64,000 nucleotides of DNA from NCBI GenBank assembly GCA_050084515.1, contig CM114271.1, positions 2,790,001-2,854,000 of the forward strand, read 5' to 3'. Source of the stretch: Blasia pusilla. Taxonomy: Eukaryota. Positions 13,318-26,260 of the stretch are shown here, one piece after another. Both the position numbers and the translations under genes were made by a program. The notes beneath the pieces are model-generated. The model was not told the DNA's origin. It saw only the letters and a list, made by a program, of their open reading frames with translations, and searched no databases. Position 1 is the first letter of the stretch, and each line of letters opens with the position of its first letter.

Positions 13318-13720
13318 GATCCTACGCGGGAGGCAGTGCGAGCCCAAGTGGTGGCCCAAGGGCGAATGCTACAAGGAGCGGCGGCGGCGGTGAAGAAGAC
13401 ACATATCTACAAATCGACTACACGAGGACACATCTTCATCCCCTCGGCCATAGAGATGTATGGGGCTATGGGGAGAGGTTCGACTGCGTTCTCACGGATC
13501 GCGCCCATCATCTCCACTCGAGAAATGGGTTGTCCTTAGCTATCTGCGATCTCATTGACAGGCGGCGGGTCTCCATAGCGTTGCAGGCGTGCCCAGGCTA
13601 ATGGGATTTTGCGGCGGGCTCAGCCGTGGGAGACGCCGGCGCTAGAGGCCCACTTAGTAGTAGTCATAGCTCTCTTGTTGTTCTTTGATATTGTCTCTGC
13701 TGTTGGTGAGTTTCGTCGTT
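13318..13720 (+). mobile_element. 5'-truncated CRE-like non-LTR retrotransposon (restriction-like endonuclease C-terminus)
   Basis: Across frameshifts reads DPTR...AAAAVKKTHIY...HIFIPSAIEMYGAMG...RRRVSIALQ...AQANGILRRA, fitting the RLE pattern A...K..KY...F.P.A.E..G...R..SIA.QR. Confidence 0.7.
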
Positions 13721-14379
13721 AGGGGGAAATGCCCCCTTCTTCCTTTTCTGGTCTTGTTGTGGCCTTCGGGTTTTGACTCTTTGAGTCCCCCTCTTTTGTA
13801 CTTCCGATGGGTTTTCCATCACTCGTTTTTATCGAAGTGCATCTTCCATTTACCAGGCCGCCCGCGACGAGATAGCAGGCCGTCAGATATTGGCGCACCA
13901 CACACCCGGTAGCCGTGGCGCGATATCCTATAGCACCGAAACCCGTCTGTACATGGATGCATATTCCACCGTCTGCATATGGACCCATATTCCACCATCC
14001 ATACACCATCTGACATGGATGCTAGAGCATGCTGGATAGTGGATGGAGTATCCATACACCATCTCATATTGATATGCCCGGCCCCGTGGCATGGCGTCAT
14101 GGCGGCTTTTGAATATGAACTATATTGGGGGGGGGTCACACATATAAGTTTAGGCAGGACTACTTGGATATAATTTTAGCGAGGCCTTATTTTGGGCCAG
14201 TGAGGTCTTATTTTGGCCATTGTGCGATGTTGGTAAAGCTTTGAGTGCGGTGTTGGGCGTGTTGGTCTGGTGCTTCCTTATCGGTCCTTGGGCAGTCCTT
14301 ATCGAGGCGTTACGTGGCTTCGAGGCTTTGTGGCATCCGATTCTTGGCGGATTCTTGTGGAGGCGATTCAACTGCGTTC

Positions 14380-14970
14380 ATGGAGGATTCACAGACGGAT
14401 TTAGACGGATCCGCAGTCAATCAGATTGGAGGAGAATATGATCCGCTCCCGCTGTTGGAGTCTCCCAAGAGTGTCGTCCGTGGTGTGCACCGTTCAGTTT
14501 GGGACGGGAAGCGTAGGCGCTCTTTTAAGCTGCCACCCAAATATGAGAAGTACATATCGTGGAAGAGAGGCACGTATTGTCCTCATCCAAGGGAAAGTGA
14601 TAGATTATTAAGATGGAGTGAAGAGGAGGATGATTGCTATCTCAGAAACGTATGCATTTCGAATCTTTATAAGACCTTACTGTCAACTTTTCGGGTCATA
14701 CAAGACCTTGTTGCTTTTGATATCGGTGTTATTGAAGAAGAAGATACAATTGCCATATTCGATAAGGAGCCACTGTCTGAGCTTGCTGTTTTGTCAAGAA
14801 ATATTGAGGAGCTTAGGCATACTCATGAAAGGCGATTGAGATGCTATCCTATTCTCAATGGTGCTTCCGCATCTGCCCTTCAATCCTTTGAAGGTGACCA
14901 TGGCATTCATCCAAAGCATAGTGACAGTGCTCAGATTGTGCACAATACACATATTCCGGATGAATTGTAG
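14380..14970 (+). CDS. ORF of unknown function (~196 aa) inside the putative MULE; possibly a decayed cargo gene
   Basis: Open frame MEDSQTDLDG...HIPDEL with protein-like composition. No motif recognised. Confidence 0.35.
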   Translation: MEDSQTDLDGSAVNQIGGEYDPLPLLESPKSVVRGVHRSVWDGKRRRSFKLPPKYEKYISWKRGTYCPHPRESDRLLRWSEEEDDCYLRNVCISNLYKTLLSTFRVIQDLVAFDIGVIEEEDTIAIFDKEPLSELAVLSRNIEELRHTHERRLRCYPILNGASASALQSFEGDHGIHPKHSDSAQIVHNTHIPDEL

Positions 14971-16879
14971 GCATTACACATAAATACTTGGCAAAATTTT
15001 AGTCCTTTGCATTTGCGAAAGGGGCAGTTTAGGAGTTTTCTTATAGTCGGGAATCCTTTCGAGGCTATGGCTTATGTGTAAAGTGCGTTTGTCTTTCCGT
15101 GTACGTCCTTAATATGGCGCCCTTTACAATCCAAGATGACTGTAAGTCAATCCGGAATTTGATGGCTGTAACTTGGCTGAAATCGTGTTCATTTTTCCTG
15201 GTAAGCCTGACTCATTACCTTTGTATTCTACTTAAGATGTTTTGAAACTAGCATGAATTCATGCTGGTGTAATGGCTATAAGTTATCCTAACCTTGTAAA
15301 CATACTTACAGCAAACGCCTATCCGAACTCTCTATCATGCTCTATATTAAACTTATAACTAGCAACCAAGTTTGCACAACCAAGAGCGCAAGTACAATAC
15401 AGTCCCACACAATCACCATACTGTCACGGAAATGTACGAATGGAATGCGTCCAGGAAAATGATGAGCAATGCAATCGAAGGTGAGATGTGTGCAAGTGCA
15501 AAAATTTTGGCACACCTTGGTCATGCCAAATTATCTCAGACCATAACAGTGCCCTAACATTGAGCTATTTTGAGAATAGATCCAAAGGCTTCCATATCTC
15601 TAATGAATTGAAGAACAGCTGAACCACATTATCACAAATGAATTCACTTTTAGATGAACCTCTGAATCTATAAACCGAAATGAAACACTACCATCTGAAA
15701 AGTAGCATAATCATCATAAAATGTATGAACGGAAATTGGGACTGAAAACACTTTATTAATGGAATTGCTTCAATTTTTAGATTACAGTAAATAATCAAAC
15801 CGCCAATTTCCTACTTCTTGTGGTACTACGCATGTATCTTACTTTACACTTTCACACTTATCTCCTCCCTCGGCATCCCCACTGATCCCTCCGTATGCAT
15901 AGACCAGTACAAAAGCAAAGAGAGGCATTAGGCTTACATATGGTATATACGTCAACAGAATTTGTTGAAGTACTTATTCAAGATACTGATCACCTTACAA
16001 ATTGAGTTTTTGGAAGTGCTTTAAAAGACGGTGCCCATAAGATTAGGCTATAAGATAAGTCTTACAGAGATAACACTTCAACACCATTGGGCAGAACTGT
16101 AAACCCGGCAATGCCAAAATGTAAATCACAACATTCATGAATCAAATCCAAAATAGGAGAGTGGCGACAATGCTTCTCAGATACAACATTCACGCGAGGA
16201 CAACCAATTACAAATATTGCAGCAAATCTGGGGAGTGCAGACTTTAGGGTGCATGATAGAAAGTGAATGTCAAATTACAGACCCCCTTGCTTCTTCATAT
16301 GTTTCAAAAGAAGAAATTCAGTATGGTACTTTAGTAGTCTTCATAGGTTTGGAGGATGATCACTAACATCAACTACAAAATCGAAGTGCTTGCGGTCATA
16401 CTTTTGTTTTCTCTGCCTTTGTGACATTGAAACTCTTGAGTCATGGGTACGGGAAATGCCCACACTTGCCTCTTGCTATAATTGTGGCGTTTTGGTACAG
16501 TAGGAAATTGGGGCACTATGGCTGGGGCAATATCGTAGCATTGTGATGAATTCCTCTTTGCCCTTTGACGCAACCGCTCAACCAATGATTTTGTTCGTTT
16601 GATAGAGTTACTTGAGCCGGCTAACCCTTCAGTGTATTCTAGTAATGGCGTTTTGTGGCTCAATAACATTCCTCTTTGCTTATTCTTCTGAGCCCCTGCT
16701 AGTCAACCCACACGGTCCCTCATTAAATTCGCACCAAGCAATAGAAGTTCATGGTCATGAGCACATGTGTTCCTAAATTTAGAGAAATTTTTTGACAATT
16801 GTGCATTCACAAGACCAATACCTCCATTCTTTGCCATCACTTCATCTCCTTTGCAATCAGCAACTTCGTATGGTTGTTG

Positions 16880-19221
16880 TTAATCAGTCACTATACTTTT
16901 TGTGTTGTCTTTGTTTAATCCACATGTATTGACGCAATCGTTATCATCATATAAGAAAGCATCCGTATCATCATTTGGCTGTGACCCAAGGTCCATATCT
17001 CCGACATCTTGGTTTAGTTTCTCCATGAATAAAGCACGCATCCCACCCTGCATTGTTCCTCGCTTTGTTCCTAGCGCCCTTACAATCTCCTCTGCAACGT
17101 AGCCGCACATGAGCGAACACTTCACTTGATATTTGCATATGTTACCCTTACAGCTCCAAGGGCAATCGCATGTACAATATTGTCATTGGAAATTGTGTAC
17201 ATCATATACAATCCCTACTGTCGTCTGGCTTTTCACCATAGCCATTGTCGATGATGAGATGTCGCAATCTGAGTCAGGAATGCATCTTCCTTTCAACACT
17301 GAAGCACGAACCACTTTTTCCTCATATTCGTTATCATAAAAACCAGCATCTTTACATAATTGTATTTGGTGGTAGAATGATTCCACTTTCTGCATCAACT
17401 CATTCACCAACCAATCACAACATCGAGCTGCCAATTGGTTGTTTGTCTCCCTTAGAACAAGCTTCATATTTTCGTGATATGCTTCAATCGACGCATTCGT
17501 GTCCATGTTGGAATGATTGAAGGTGCGAACCCCTTTCACCCACATGCCTACAGAAGCATCACATTTGCGATAGATAAGAATTTTTAATTCTACCACCATG
17601 CCAAGGAGTACTGAAAAACACATGTACAAGGGAGGGTATGACAAGCATTTACCAGCTTTCTGTTGCCAAGTCGTTTCTATATAATGCATGAATTTTGCCT
17701 CTGAAGAAAAATCCGTGTATTAATCTCTGCTACTGAGCAATATGTCATGATGCAGCTTGGGCTCCATGGTTTGCCTACTTCCACTTGGCGAGCATAGCAA
17801 ATTTGAGAATGGCGATTGACACCTGCTATTCTCATTGCCTCCAACCATGGTGTAATGTCAGCTTCTTTGCAAGAGTTTGTCAAAACCCACGCTATTGGGA
17901 TGCCGTTGTGGAATTTATCATACACCATGATGATATATAAGGGGAACTGTGAAAGATCACATTACATGTCAATTTAGTACTACAAATAGGTGAACATATA
18001 TTACAGTTTGAATTTCATAAAACACACAATTCAGCATGGCAATGGAATAGACTTTAGGGCCGAAAAGTACCTTATTCTTTTTAGTTCCAAATGTGGAATC
18101 TATGCAAATGATGTTGTCATTCTCATGTTCCACCAATCGAACACATCCAATCTGACCAAAACCGAGTATGAACGGACACTCCTTGCTTTGGTAAGGTTGG
18201 TAAAAGAAAACCTCTTCCGGATACAACATCACGTAATTTGCAATCCTTTGATTCTCATTTGAATGCCAGAGCCAAGACTCCATTGCAATATCTCGTCTCA
18301 AGTTTTGGACGTCTTGGAATCGCACAAAATCATCTTTGCGAAATTCTATCAACGAGTCCGCATTTTGTCGTGTACGTACTTCTTGGCCCAACTTCCTTAC
18401 AATTGCCATATTTGTCTTCTCTTGCCATATCATGTCCAATATCTGAAGCTTCCTACCACTCGATAAGCGGGGAGCATGGCTGAATGTAGCACCCTTGCTG
18501 AATATGTCGTCTAATATGTCACAACATTCACCAAGTTTGTCTGTGTGTGCTCGCTGGATGTAGGTAATCTTCGCGCAGTGGGGAACAAGAATCTCCATTA
18601 CGCTGAAATGGCACAAACACCCCCTTTTTGTACTTTCATCTCGAGCCTTCCTATGGTGCCGAGGCCTGCTTACCTTGCCGCTTGGATCGCTCTAATATCT
18701 ACTCAACATCCACTTCACAATAAGTAAGTATACATTAGGAGAGGTTCAGGCAAGTATAGACATACTATTCAAGTGGTCCATATCATCTCAACTCCAGTGG
18801 ATGGAAAACAGTCACACCTTATATCAACTGGTTGGCGGTTTCCCCTGTAATCTTCTAGACCATAGCAACAGTGATACACTCTGTACCACCCCTCGTTACT
18901 TGCACCCCTCGCCTTATACTCTCTACGAACTTTTTCTGTCTTCCTTCGTGAGGTCCGCTCATGTGGAAAAGGTACATTCTTCACCCAGAAGTTTGTGCTT
19001 GCACACCCATCTCCATGTCCTTCCCCTTCTAAGAAATCATCGAGCCGTGCCCATGGAATGAAAACGATGTCACCCTTATCCCACGGCGCAAGATCATCGT
19101 AATTTAGCAAACCCGATGGCAAAAATTCTCTCACTGGGATCTTGGATATGGCAAGGATTTGGTTCACGATATCAAGACGGGGTTTGTCCATCATTGGGTT
19201 TTGAATACCCATTGCTAACAA
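16880..19221 (-). pseudogene. MULE-type transposase with C-terminal SWIM zinc finger; spliced, disrupted
   Basis: FIPWARLDDFLEGE, YHCCYGLEDYR, KRGCLCHF, VFFYQ...PFILG, CIDSTFGT, FPLYIIMVYDKFHNGIPIAWVL, TNASIEAYH and CDCPWSCKGNICKY (SWIM, H>Y). Resembles from memory the Arabidopsis At4g13970/At1g60560-type proteins. GT-AG introns, stops and frameshifts. Confidence 0.85.
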
Positions 19222-19699
19222 CAGGCCAAGATGTTGTTAGCAAGCCTTAATGTACATGATCTGTCCCAACACTCCTACGATTGAAACATCATCCCCACCT
19301 CAATGGTTGCAAAAAACTCAGAGTATGCACAGAACATTTAGAATGGCTCTAAGCTACATTCAAGGAGATGGCTGAGATTAGTCCAAGCCGGTGTAATATT
19401 CGGGGATTTAAACCCCACTACAAATCAGTACACGTAAAAACAAAATCAGGATAAAGGGAATGCCAGCCCCCAAACCACTTTCTAGGCCAAAGCAAAAAAA
19501 TTGAACATAAGCATTCAAATTGCTGAATGAGGAATTAACATCAACTTAAGGACTCCGTACATTTTTTATTGGACACAAGTACTCACTCTGACACTCGTCG
19601 AAACATAATATAGACCCCATGGACTTTCAAGTGTTCTTTCCATGGAATTCTGAGAAAATACCCTAAATACCCCTACTGGACGAGTACCTATAAGTACCT

Positions 19700-20130
19700 G
19701 TAAGTATGTACTAAAATACGCCCTTGGTAAACACTGAGAAATCACAAGTATCATACTTATTGTGACCCAATGTACAAAAACCCCCCTCGGTAAACATTGT
19801 GAAGTCATACTCTGTAACTATGTACTAAAAAATCCCAAATCTAACATTTGGAAATAGTACATACACACTCTATAAATATGTACTAAAAATCCGCCTTCGT
19901 GAACATACTGAATTCATAAGCATACATAAGCATAAGCATTTTTTGTACATACTCCATAAGTATGTACTAAAAATGGCCTCGATAAACATTATGAATTCAA
20001 AGGTATCAACCTTCTCCCTTACAAGTAGGTAGTACAAATCGGCCTCGGTAAACATATTGAATTCAGACGGCCCCAAACTCCCCCCTTACCAGGATGTACT
20101 ACAAATCGGCCTCGGTAAACATTGTAAATC
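19700..20130. repeat. About seven degenerate ~30-bp repeats with variable spacers upstream of the transposase
   Basis: Consensus tatgtactaaaaatc(g/c)gcctcggtaaacat near 19705, 19770, 19820, 19878, 19961, 20029 and 20095. Confidence 0.75.
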
Positions 20131-20189
20131 TATAAGCATTCAAGCCAAGGTAGTCCTGCACCTATGTTGTTGTTTCCACACTGGTCGCC

Positions 20190-22678
20190 ATTTTCAGCCT
20201 TGTTGCCTTGTGGTGTGGTGGAATTCTTTTGCTCTTCTCCACTTTGGACCCCTCTTCTTCAACTTTCCTCTTATGTAGACGTTTCTTTTTTGTAGACGAC
20301 TTCTTCCTTTCTGGGATGATTCTCTGGCGTTTAGCAAGAAAGAAATTACTAGAATCGGACTTGTAGGGAGAGTTTTCAGGAATGTCATCCTAGCATGACA
20401 CCGGTGAATTGTCAAGCTCAGTACTACTCAAAGCGGCTTGTTTTGGTTCACCCTTTTCGACCTGTGCATCGGAATTGCTGTATATCTCAGCTAGTAAATT
20501 CAATACATCGCAATGATCATTTTTCTCCATTACAACCAGCCCATCTCCCTTCCTGACACCTTTCTCTAACATATGAACCTGATTAGCCGGATCCTCTACT
20601 GAGTCTTCGTTGTTTAATATGAGTCCGGAACTCTCCTTTGTGGGCAATGGCTTCATTTCATCCGAATCCTCCCCACTGATGCAAGCTGATTTGGGATCTG
20701 CATGAACGTCTCCTCGAAGCCCTCTTACAAAAAAATTACCTTTCTTGGATCCTACAAAAGTCAATCCATTGCTTCCCTGCCTATGACCCCCTGCAAAACC
20801 TTGTTGTATATGGGATATGTGCCCTCGGATTGCTCTGGCTTACTACCGCAGTTGGGGGTGGAAATTCCATTGTGCTGAAGCTGGGAATCTGCCACCAAAC
20901 TGCCCAAGTCGCCATCTCCGTCATCCCACAGTTCATTGCCCATATTGTAGTGTGTATCAGTAGTAGAGGGCTGTACACAAAATTCGCTTCCTCCTGAATT
21001 ACCGTCTGCTCATGTGGCATTGTCTTCCCATCATCCTTCTCCATATTCTTTTCGTTATCAGATGCAATATGCTCTATATGCGGAGGCAAATTGGCAATCT
21101 GTGACCGACACAATGTACGCTCTACCAAATTGCCACTTTCTTGCTGGTCTTGGGCATGTGTGCCACTCTGCTCATGTGCTTGAGATTTCAGCCTACGATC
21201 GTGTCTGAGTTACCTCGGAGACTTAAAGCTCACGGGAGCCACTTCTACACCTTCTACACCAATGCCATTTGTACCTAAAACCTCTTGTACACCAATCCCA
21301 TTGGTCTTTGGTATGATGCACGGACTATCTCCGTTCCTAGTAGTCTTCCGAGGTGTGTTTTTTACCCTCCTTTTTGTGGAGTCTTCTCTTCGGGAACAAC
21401 TTGTATGTATTCCAGTCATAGTCGGGGAAGAAATTTTGTCATTCCAGAACTTAGTAGTGGCGTTCGTAGCTAATTGGACCTTGTCAACCTTATCCCACTC
21501 CCTCATCCAAAGATCCACGTGATGCGCAACCCAAGCCGATTTGTCCATGTACAAGGCCAAGTACATTTTTTTGTGCATGGCTGAAATGTAATCTAATGAT
21601 CTCTGTACTATATCTCTATGAAGGTGGGATGTGGAATGAAACAATCTCGAACCTTTAGGTGCCGCTGTCCAGTCTCCATTGTCATTGATGTGGACTGTCC
21701 ATGGAGTGAGGAGCTTGTTGATTGCATCGTCGTACTTCTCATCCATAGTAGTTTGGAGGATGTTGCCTACAAGTTGCATATCGTCGGCAGTGGCCTTCAC
21801 GCGGTTGTTCAGCTCCCCGAGGAGAATCGGATCTAGGATATCCTTCCAACTTGTCAATCCCATAAATTCTCGCATGTAGGACTCCATTTCCTCTATTAGA
21901 GGTGGAGGTGTGCCAACATCCCCGTCAGGTGGAAGCTCGTACTAGTCATATTTTTGAGTGAAGCGTATGCGTTGCCGCCTAAAGAATTCGGCTCGATTCT
22001 TTGCAATCCTGCAGAGCGGATCACCCACCCTGGGTGCTATTAATAATACTTTACCATTTTTGTCCAATATTCAAAGCCTTTCTCCCGGCCTTGCACTTTG
22101 GAACAACGAAATCGATCGGGCATTTGTGCATTGTCTTCAAATGAAGATTGAATCTCTCCTTGTTGGCAAGTGGAGCTGTATACCAATTTCATCGCAGGCA
22201 TTCCATTTTTTGAGTGCAGCATTACACGCATAGTAAACATTTAAGCCTCGCCACTCAGATGCATTCCCAGACGTGCAATATTTATGTACCTCGGTACGGG
22301 CATGTGCACTTGCATCTTGGGAAGGTCTTTCTGAGGCCGGTGTGCTCTTTGGAGAGGAATGCTCACAAGCCATCTGTTTCGCAACTCAAGTTCAGATGAT
22401 TGGAAGTTTTTTGGTTGTAACGTTTTGGATTGTTGTCTCTGGGCCGCATGCCTAGTAACCATAATGGGCTCGGCGAGTACAGCTGGACGACCGATTGTTG
22501 AGGAAATGCTTAATCGTTCCTTCCTACCATCTCTATTTCTGCGCATCTCCGCCCTCCTTCTTCCAAGGACCTCCCATTGGGAATCATGAATCCATTCAGA
22601 GTGGTCACTCGATGAATAATCCCATTCTCCATCGCCACCTCTAGACACTCCCTTGCCAGCAATGTTTGAAAGTGTCAT
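20190..22678 (-). pseudogene. Long disrupted ORF of unknown function (MULE cargo)
   Basis: Chain of consecutive minus-strand ORFs (22241-22678, 22137-22373, 21210-21887, 20781-21128, 20390-20764) separated by single stops or frameshifts. No recognised domain. Confidence 0.45.
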
Positions 22679-22949
22679 TGGACCACCCTAAACCGTGTGT
22701 CCCCAACCCTCTTGCAGAATTCCCTAGTTCCCCAATTCACGTCTATCTTCAGCACCTGGATGGTGCTATAGTCTCGGCGTAAGTGCAATCAATTTAAGGT
22801 TAATGTCCTAAAATTGGCCGAGAATTGTAAGGCGCAATGGAGACTTTTTCAAAATCGTAATAGGAACCTAAGAGCCATAAGTGGCATTCTAATCTTGAAA
22901 AAATTTCCTCCACCTTAGCGGCGCCAACTCAAATTGCCTTATGCTTGCA

Positions 22950-23225
22950 TGGGTCCCAATTTCCTCTCACCTTTGTCTTCCCCAACCAGCTCAATTTTCC
23001 TTATGCCTCTCAGGAGTCCTAGATTCCTCAAACGTCTAAGTTCCCCACCTACCTCAAATTTCCTTTTTCCTATCCCCCGCCTAAATTCCTCTCACGTCTA
23101 CGTTCCCCGCCCAGCTCAGATTTCCTAATGACTGTCGGGAATCCTAAATTTGCCTCACATCTATTCACCCCACCCACCTGAAATTGCCTTCTCCATGACA
23201 ATGAATCCCAAATTCCTCTCACATC
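22950..23225. repeat. ~62-bp degenerate tandem repeat, 4-5 copies
   Basis: Unit cc(t/c)aaattcctctcacgtcta...ttcccc(a/g)cccagctcaaatttcctt at ~22955, 23018, 23080, 23143 and 23208. Confidence 0.75.
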
Positions 23226-23889
23226 ACTCTTTGGCTAAAACCTGAATGCGTCACTCTTCGGCCTAACTGCAATGGATGGACCCCCTGACGCAGTTCCAAG
23301 ACAAGGCGCAATATTGACAACAAGTTGGGAACCGAGGAAGTACAAGTGGAGCAGCAACATCTACACACGCGGTGAGTCCCAAATTGCATGTAAGCGTAGT
23401 TTTTGCAGAATGTCAGTAGTTCGCGCAAGTTTTTGTAGAATGGCTGGCGGTGTTAGATTCGTTAATTCGAGGCTAAATTCGGATTTGGAATAATGGCTCC
23501 TCGAGCCGTTTTTCCTATCATCGATGAATCGGTTGGGATGGCGGCCATACATGTACTTCGTATGATCTCCGTACTTGGCCCATCTTGCAAAATACGGAGA
23601 AGCCAAAGAGCGTGGTGGCGTTTAGAAGGCCAGCACAAAGAAGTAATAAGGCGTAGGGGTTGGACATAAGTACTAAGGGTATGAGTAGTAAGGTGAGTAG
23701 GAACAAGGCAAGGTACAAAGCCAAGCCAAGGACCCTAAACCAGGGAATGCCAACAAAGAGGGCTGTTCTCCCTTCTCGTGATCCACAACCACACACACGA
23801 CTTCGGAGGGTTGTGCGATGTCGAATTCTGGTATTCTCACACTACAGTTGGTCCAAAGTCATCTCGGTGGAAGAGGCCTCTTGACTAAA

Positions 23890-24260
23890 GCGTCACTCAT
23901 GTTTGACGCAATGGATGCTGTTTATATTGCTTGTAACTCGACGTTGCCAGGTGGTAGGAAATGCAACAAGCGTTGGAACCAGATATTCTGTTCCAAGTGC
24001 GGGACACATAATCTTGATTATGCCTTCTCCTACAAGATGCGGGTATATGCTGAAGACTAGGGTTGCAGAATTCAATGCACAATGTTCCAATATCTAGGGA
24101 ATTCTTGAAAATGGAAGCAATCGTCTTCCACAGGTTGACGTTGGAGGAGGAATGCAAGGTGTTGGCACCATTGCAAGGCACTCACAGGCCCATTTCCATA
24201 TCTAAAAAAGTGACGGCTGAAGGTGAGTACCCCATTTCTTCATATATTATCGGAGGCATA
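23890..24260 (+). pseudogene. RPA70-like C-terminal OB-fold / C4 zinc-ribbon fragment
   Basis: VYIACNSTLPGGRKCNKRWNQIFCSKCGTHNLDYAFSYKMRVYAED*GCRIQCTMF fits the RPA1 pattern Y.AC...CNKK...C.KC...Y.Y....I.D..G....T.F. Stop and frameshift present. Confidence 0.7.
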
Positions 24261-25099
24261 ATGGAGGGCCAATCTGCTAGCCCTCTAACGCCATTTCCTA
24301 CCGGAGAGTATGAGCAATCTACTTTTAGTGGGGCTCTCGCCTTGTCAGATATAAGCAGGACCATGGGAAGTACAGTAGTCACAACGAGAAAATGGGTAGA
24401 TGTGGGGGTGAAGGCTATCCCAAAATCATTATTGGAAGAGGACGATAGAGGTGCAAATGTGTTCCATTTTTGTATTTGTAAAGTGACCGTGATGCAGTAC
24501 TTATGCATCATGTCATTGGTGTTGGTGAACTTGATATTGCTGAAATGCCTACTCCGGTGACAGACATAGTAGGGTATACAAAGCCAGGAAAAAGAAATTG
24601 GGTTTTGAAAGTTACTAGAAGCTTATGGATGGGCATACGGATATTGCTCAGGTTTTGGTCGGTGATATGTGCAATGGGAAGGAATGATTGGCGGATTATC
24701 CCTAAATCTTGTACAATCACACCCACTGTTGGACAATGTTGAAGAAATTCAAACTATGCCTTGCATATGGATTGTATATTTTGGATATGTTGGTTGGATT
24801 AGGCAGGATTGAAGTGTGTTCTTAAGTGAATGCTTGTTGCGGCAAGAAAATAAGCAAAAATATGATGAATTGATCTAGTACATGGATTGCTCTGGAGTTT
24901 TGGATTTCATGACTGAAGCAATGTAGGATCCTAGTTTTCTGTGTATGGGGAATGCCTCATGTACGAAGGCCAAGCAGGTTTGCAGACTCTGGGATTGGAG
25001 TCTAGCTAGGGCACATACCATAAGAAATTGTTACACCAGGCAGGTTTGTAGAGTGGATGGAAAAAATCTGGAAAGAGCACATAGCCTAAAAAAATGGAA

Positions 25100-26260
25100 A
25101 AACCAAGCAAGTTTGTACATTGTGGGGAAAAATAAACTGTGAAGGCACAATGCATATGTTGTTAAACCCTCGAAGGCTAAATATTCATCGTCACCTAAAC
25201 CCCTGAACTGTAGACATGTTGTACCGCCGATCTGTAGAAATTCATCATCATTGTGGAAAGTAGGAAATGGAAAAGTCTTGAAGGACTCCTTTGCACTATC
25301 TACATGATCTAAAGATTCAATCCAGGTCTGCCCTAAAGGGAATGTGTCATGTACCTCATAAATCTACAACTTTAGGTTTGGGGTTGTTGGAAATGGAACA
25401 GTCTAGAAGGAACCCTCTAGAATGTCTCCATGATGTGAGGATTAATTCCCTAATGTGATTCTGTACCCCATAACTTTGAAAATTGTGTAGTCCCCGATCT
25501 ATATGAATTCATCATCATTTACATCTTCCATTTGGGATTGTTGAAAATTCTTGCCCACGTGTTGTGAATCCGGGAAGGGCACTTGGCCAAAAAAAGAGGA
25601 AAAACCAAGCAGGTTTGTAGAATGTGGGGGAAAAATGTGTGTAGGAAACAATGCATATGTTGTTAAACCCCCGAAGGCTAAATATTCATCATCACCTAAA
25701 CCCGTGAACTGTAGACATGTTGTACCCCCCCATGTGTAGAAATTCATCACCATTGTGGAAAGTGGGAAATGAAAAATTCTTGAAGGACTCCTCTGGACTG
25801 TATACATGATCTGAAGATTCAATCCAGACCTGCCCTAAAGGGAATGTGTCGTGTACCCCATAACTCTAGAACTATAGGTTTGGGGTTGTGGGAAGTGGAA
25901 CAGTCCAGATGGAATCCTCTGGATTGTCTCCATGATGTGAGGATAAAATGCCTAATGTGATTCTGTACCCCATAATGTGATTATGTATCCCAGAACTTTG
26001 AAAATTGTATAGCCCCCGATCTCTACCAATTCATCATCATTTGCGGGAAGCGATTTGGGATTGTTGTAAATTCCTGCCCAAGTACTATGAATCCATTGAC
26101 AGGCTACTGAGAATGTTGGAGTGGATAAAGCTTTAGGGTTGTGGGAAATAGAACAGTCTTGAAGGATTACTCTGGACTGTCTCCAAGATGCGAGGATTGA
26201 ATCCACATTTGCCCTAAGGGGAATGTATCATGTACCCCAGAACTCAGAAGTTGTCTAGCC
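25100..26260. repeat. ~500-bp tandem duplication plus a partial third copy
   Basis: aatgcatatgttgttaaaccc..gaaggctaaatattcatc at 25149 and 25650, colinear for ~400 bp. Partial copy at ~26130-26270. Confidence 0.85.

Noticed and set aside
19700-20130. CRISPR array
   Set aside because: Eukaryotic context, degenerate repeats, irregular period, partly related spacers and no cas genes.
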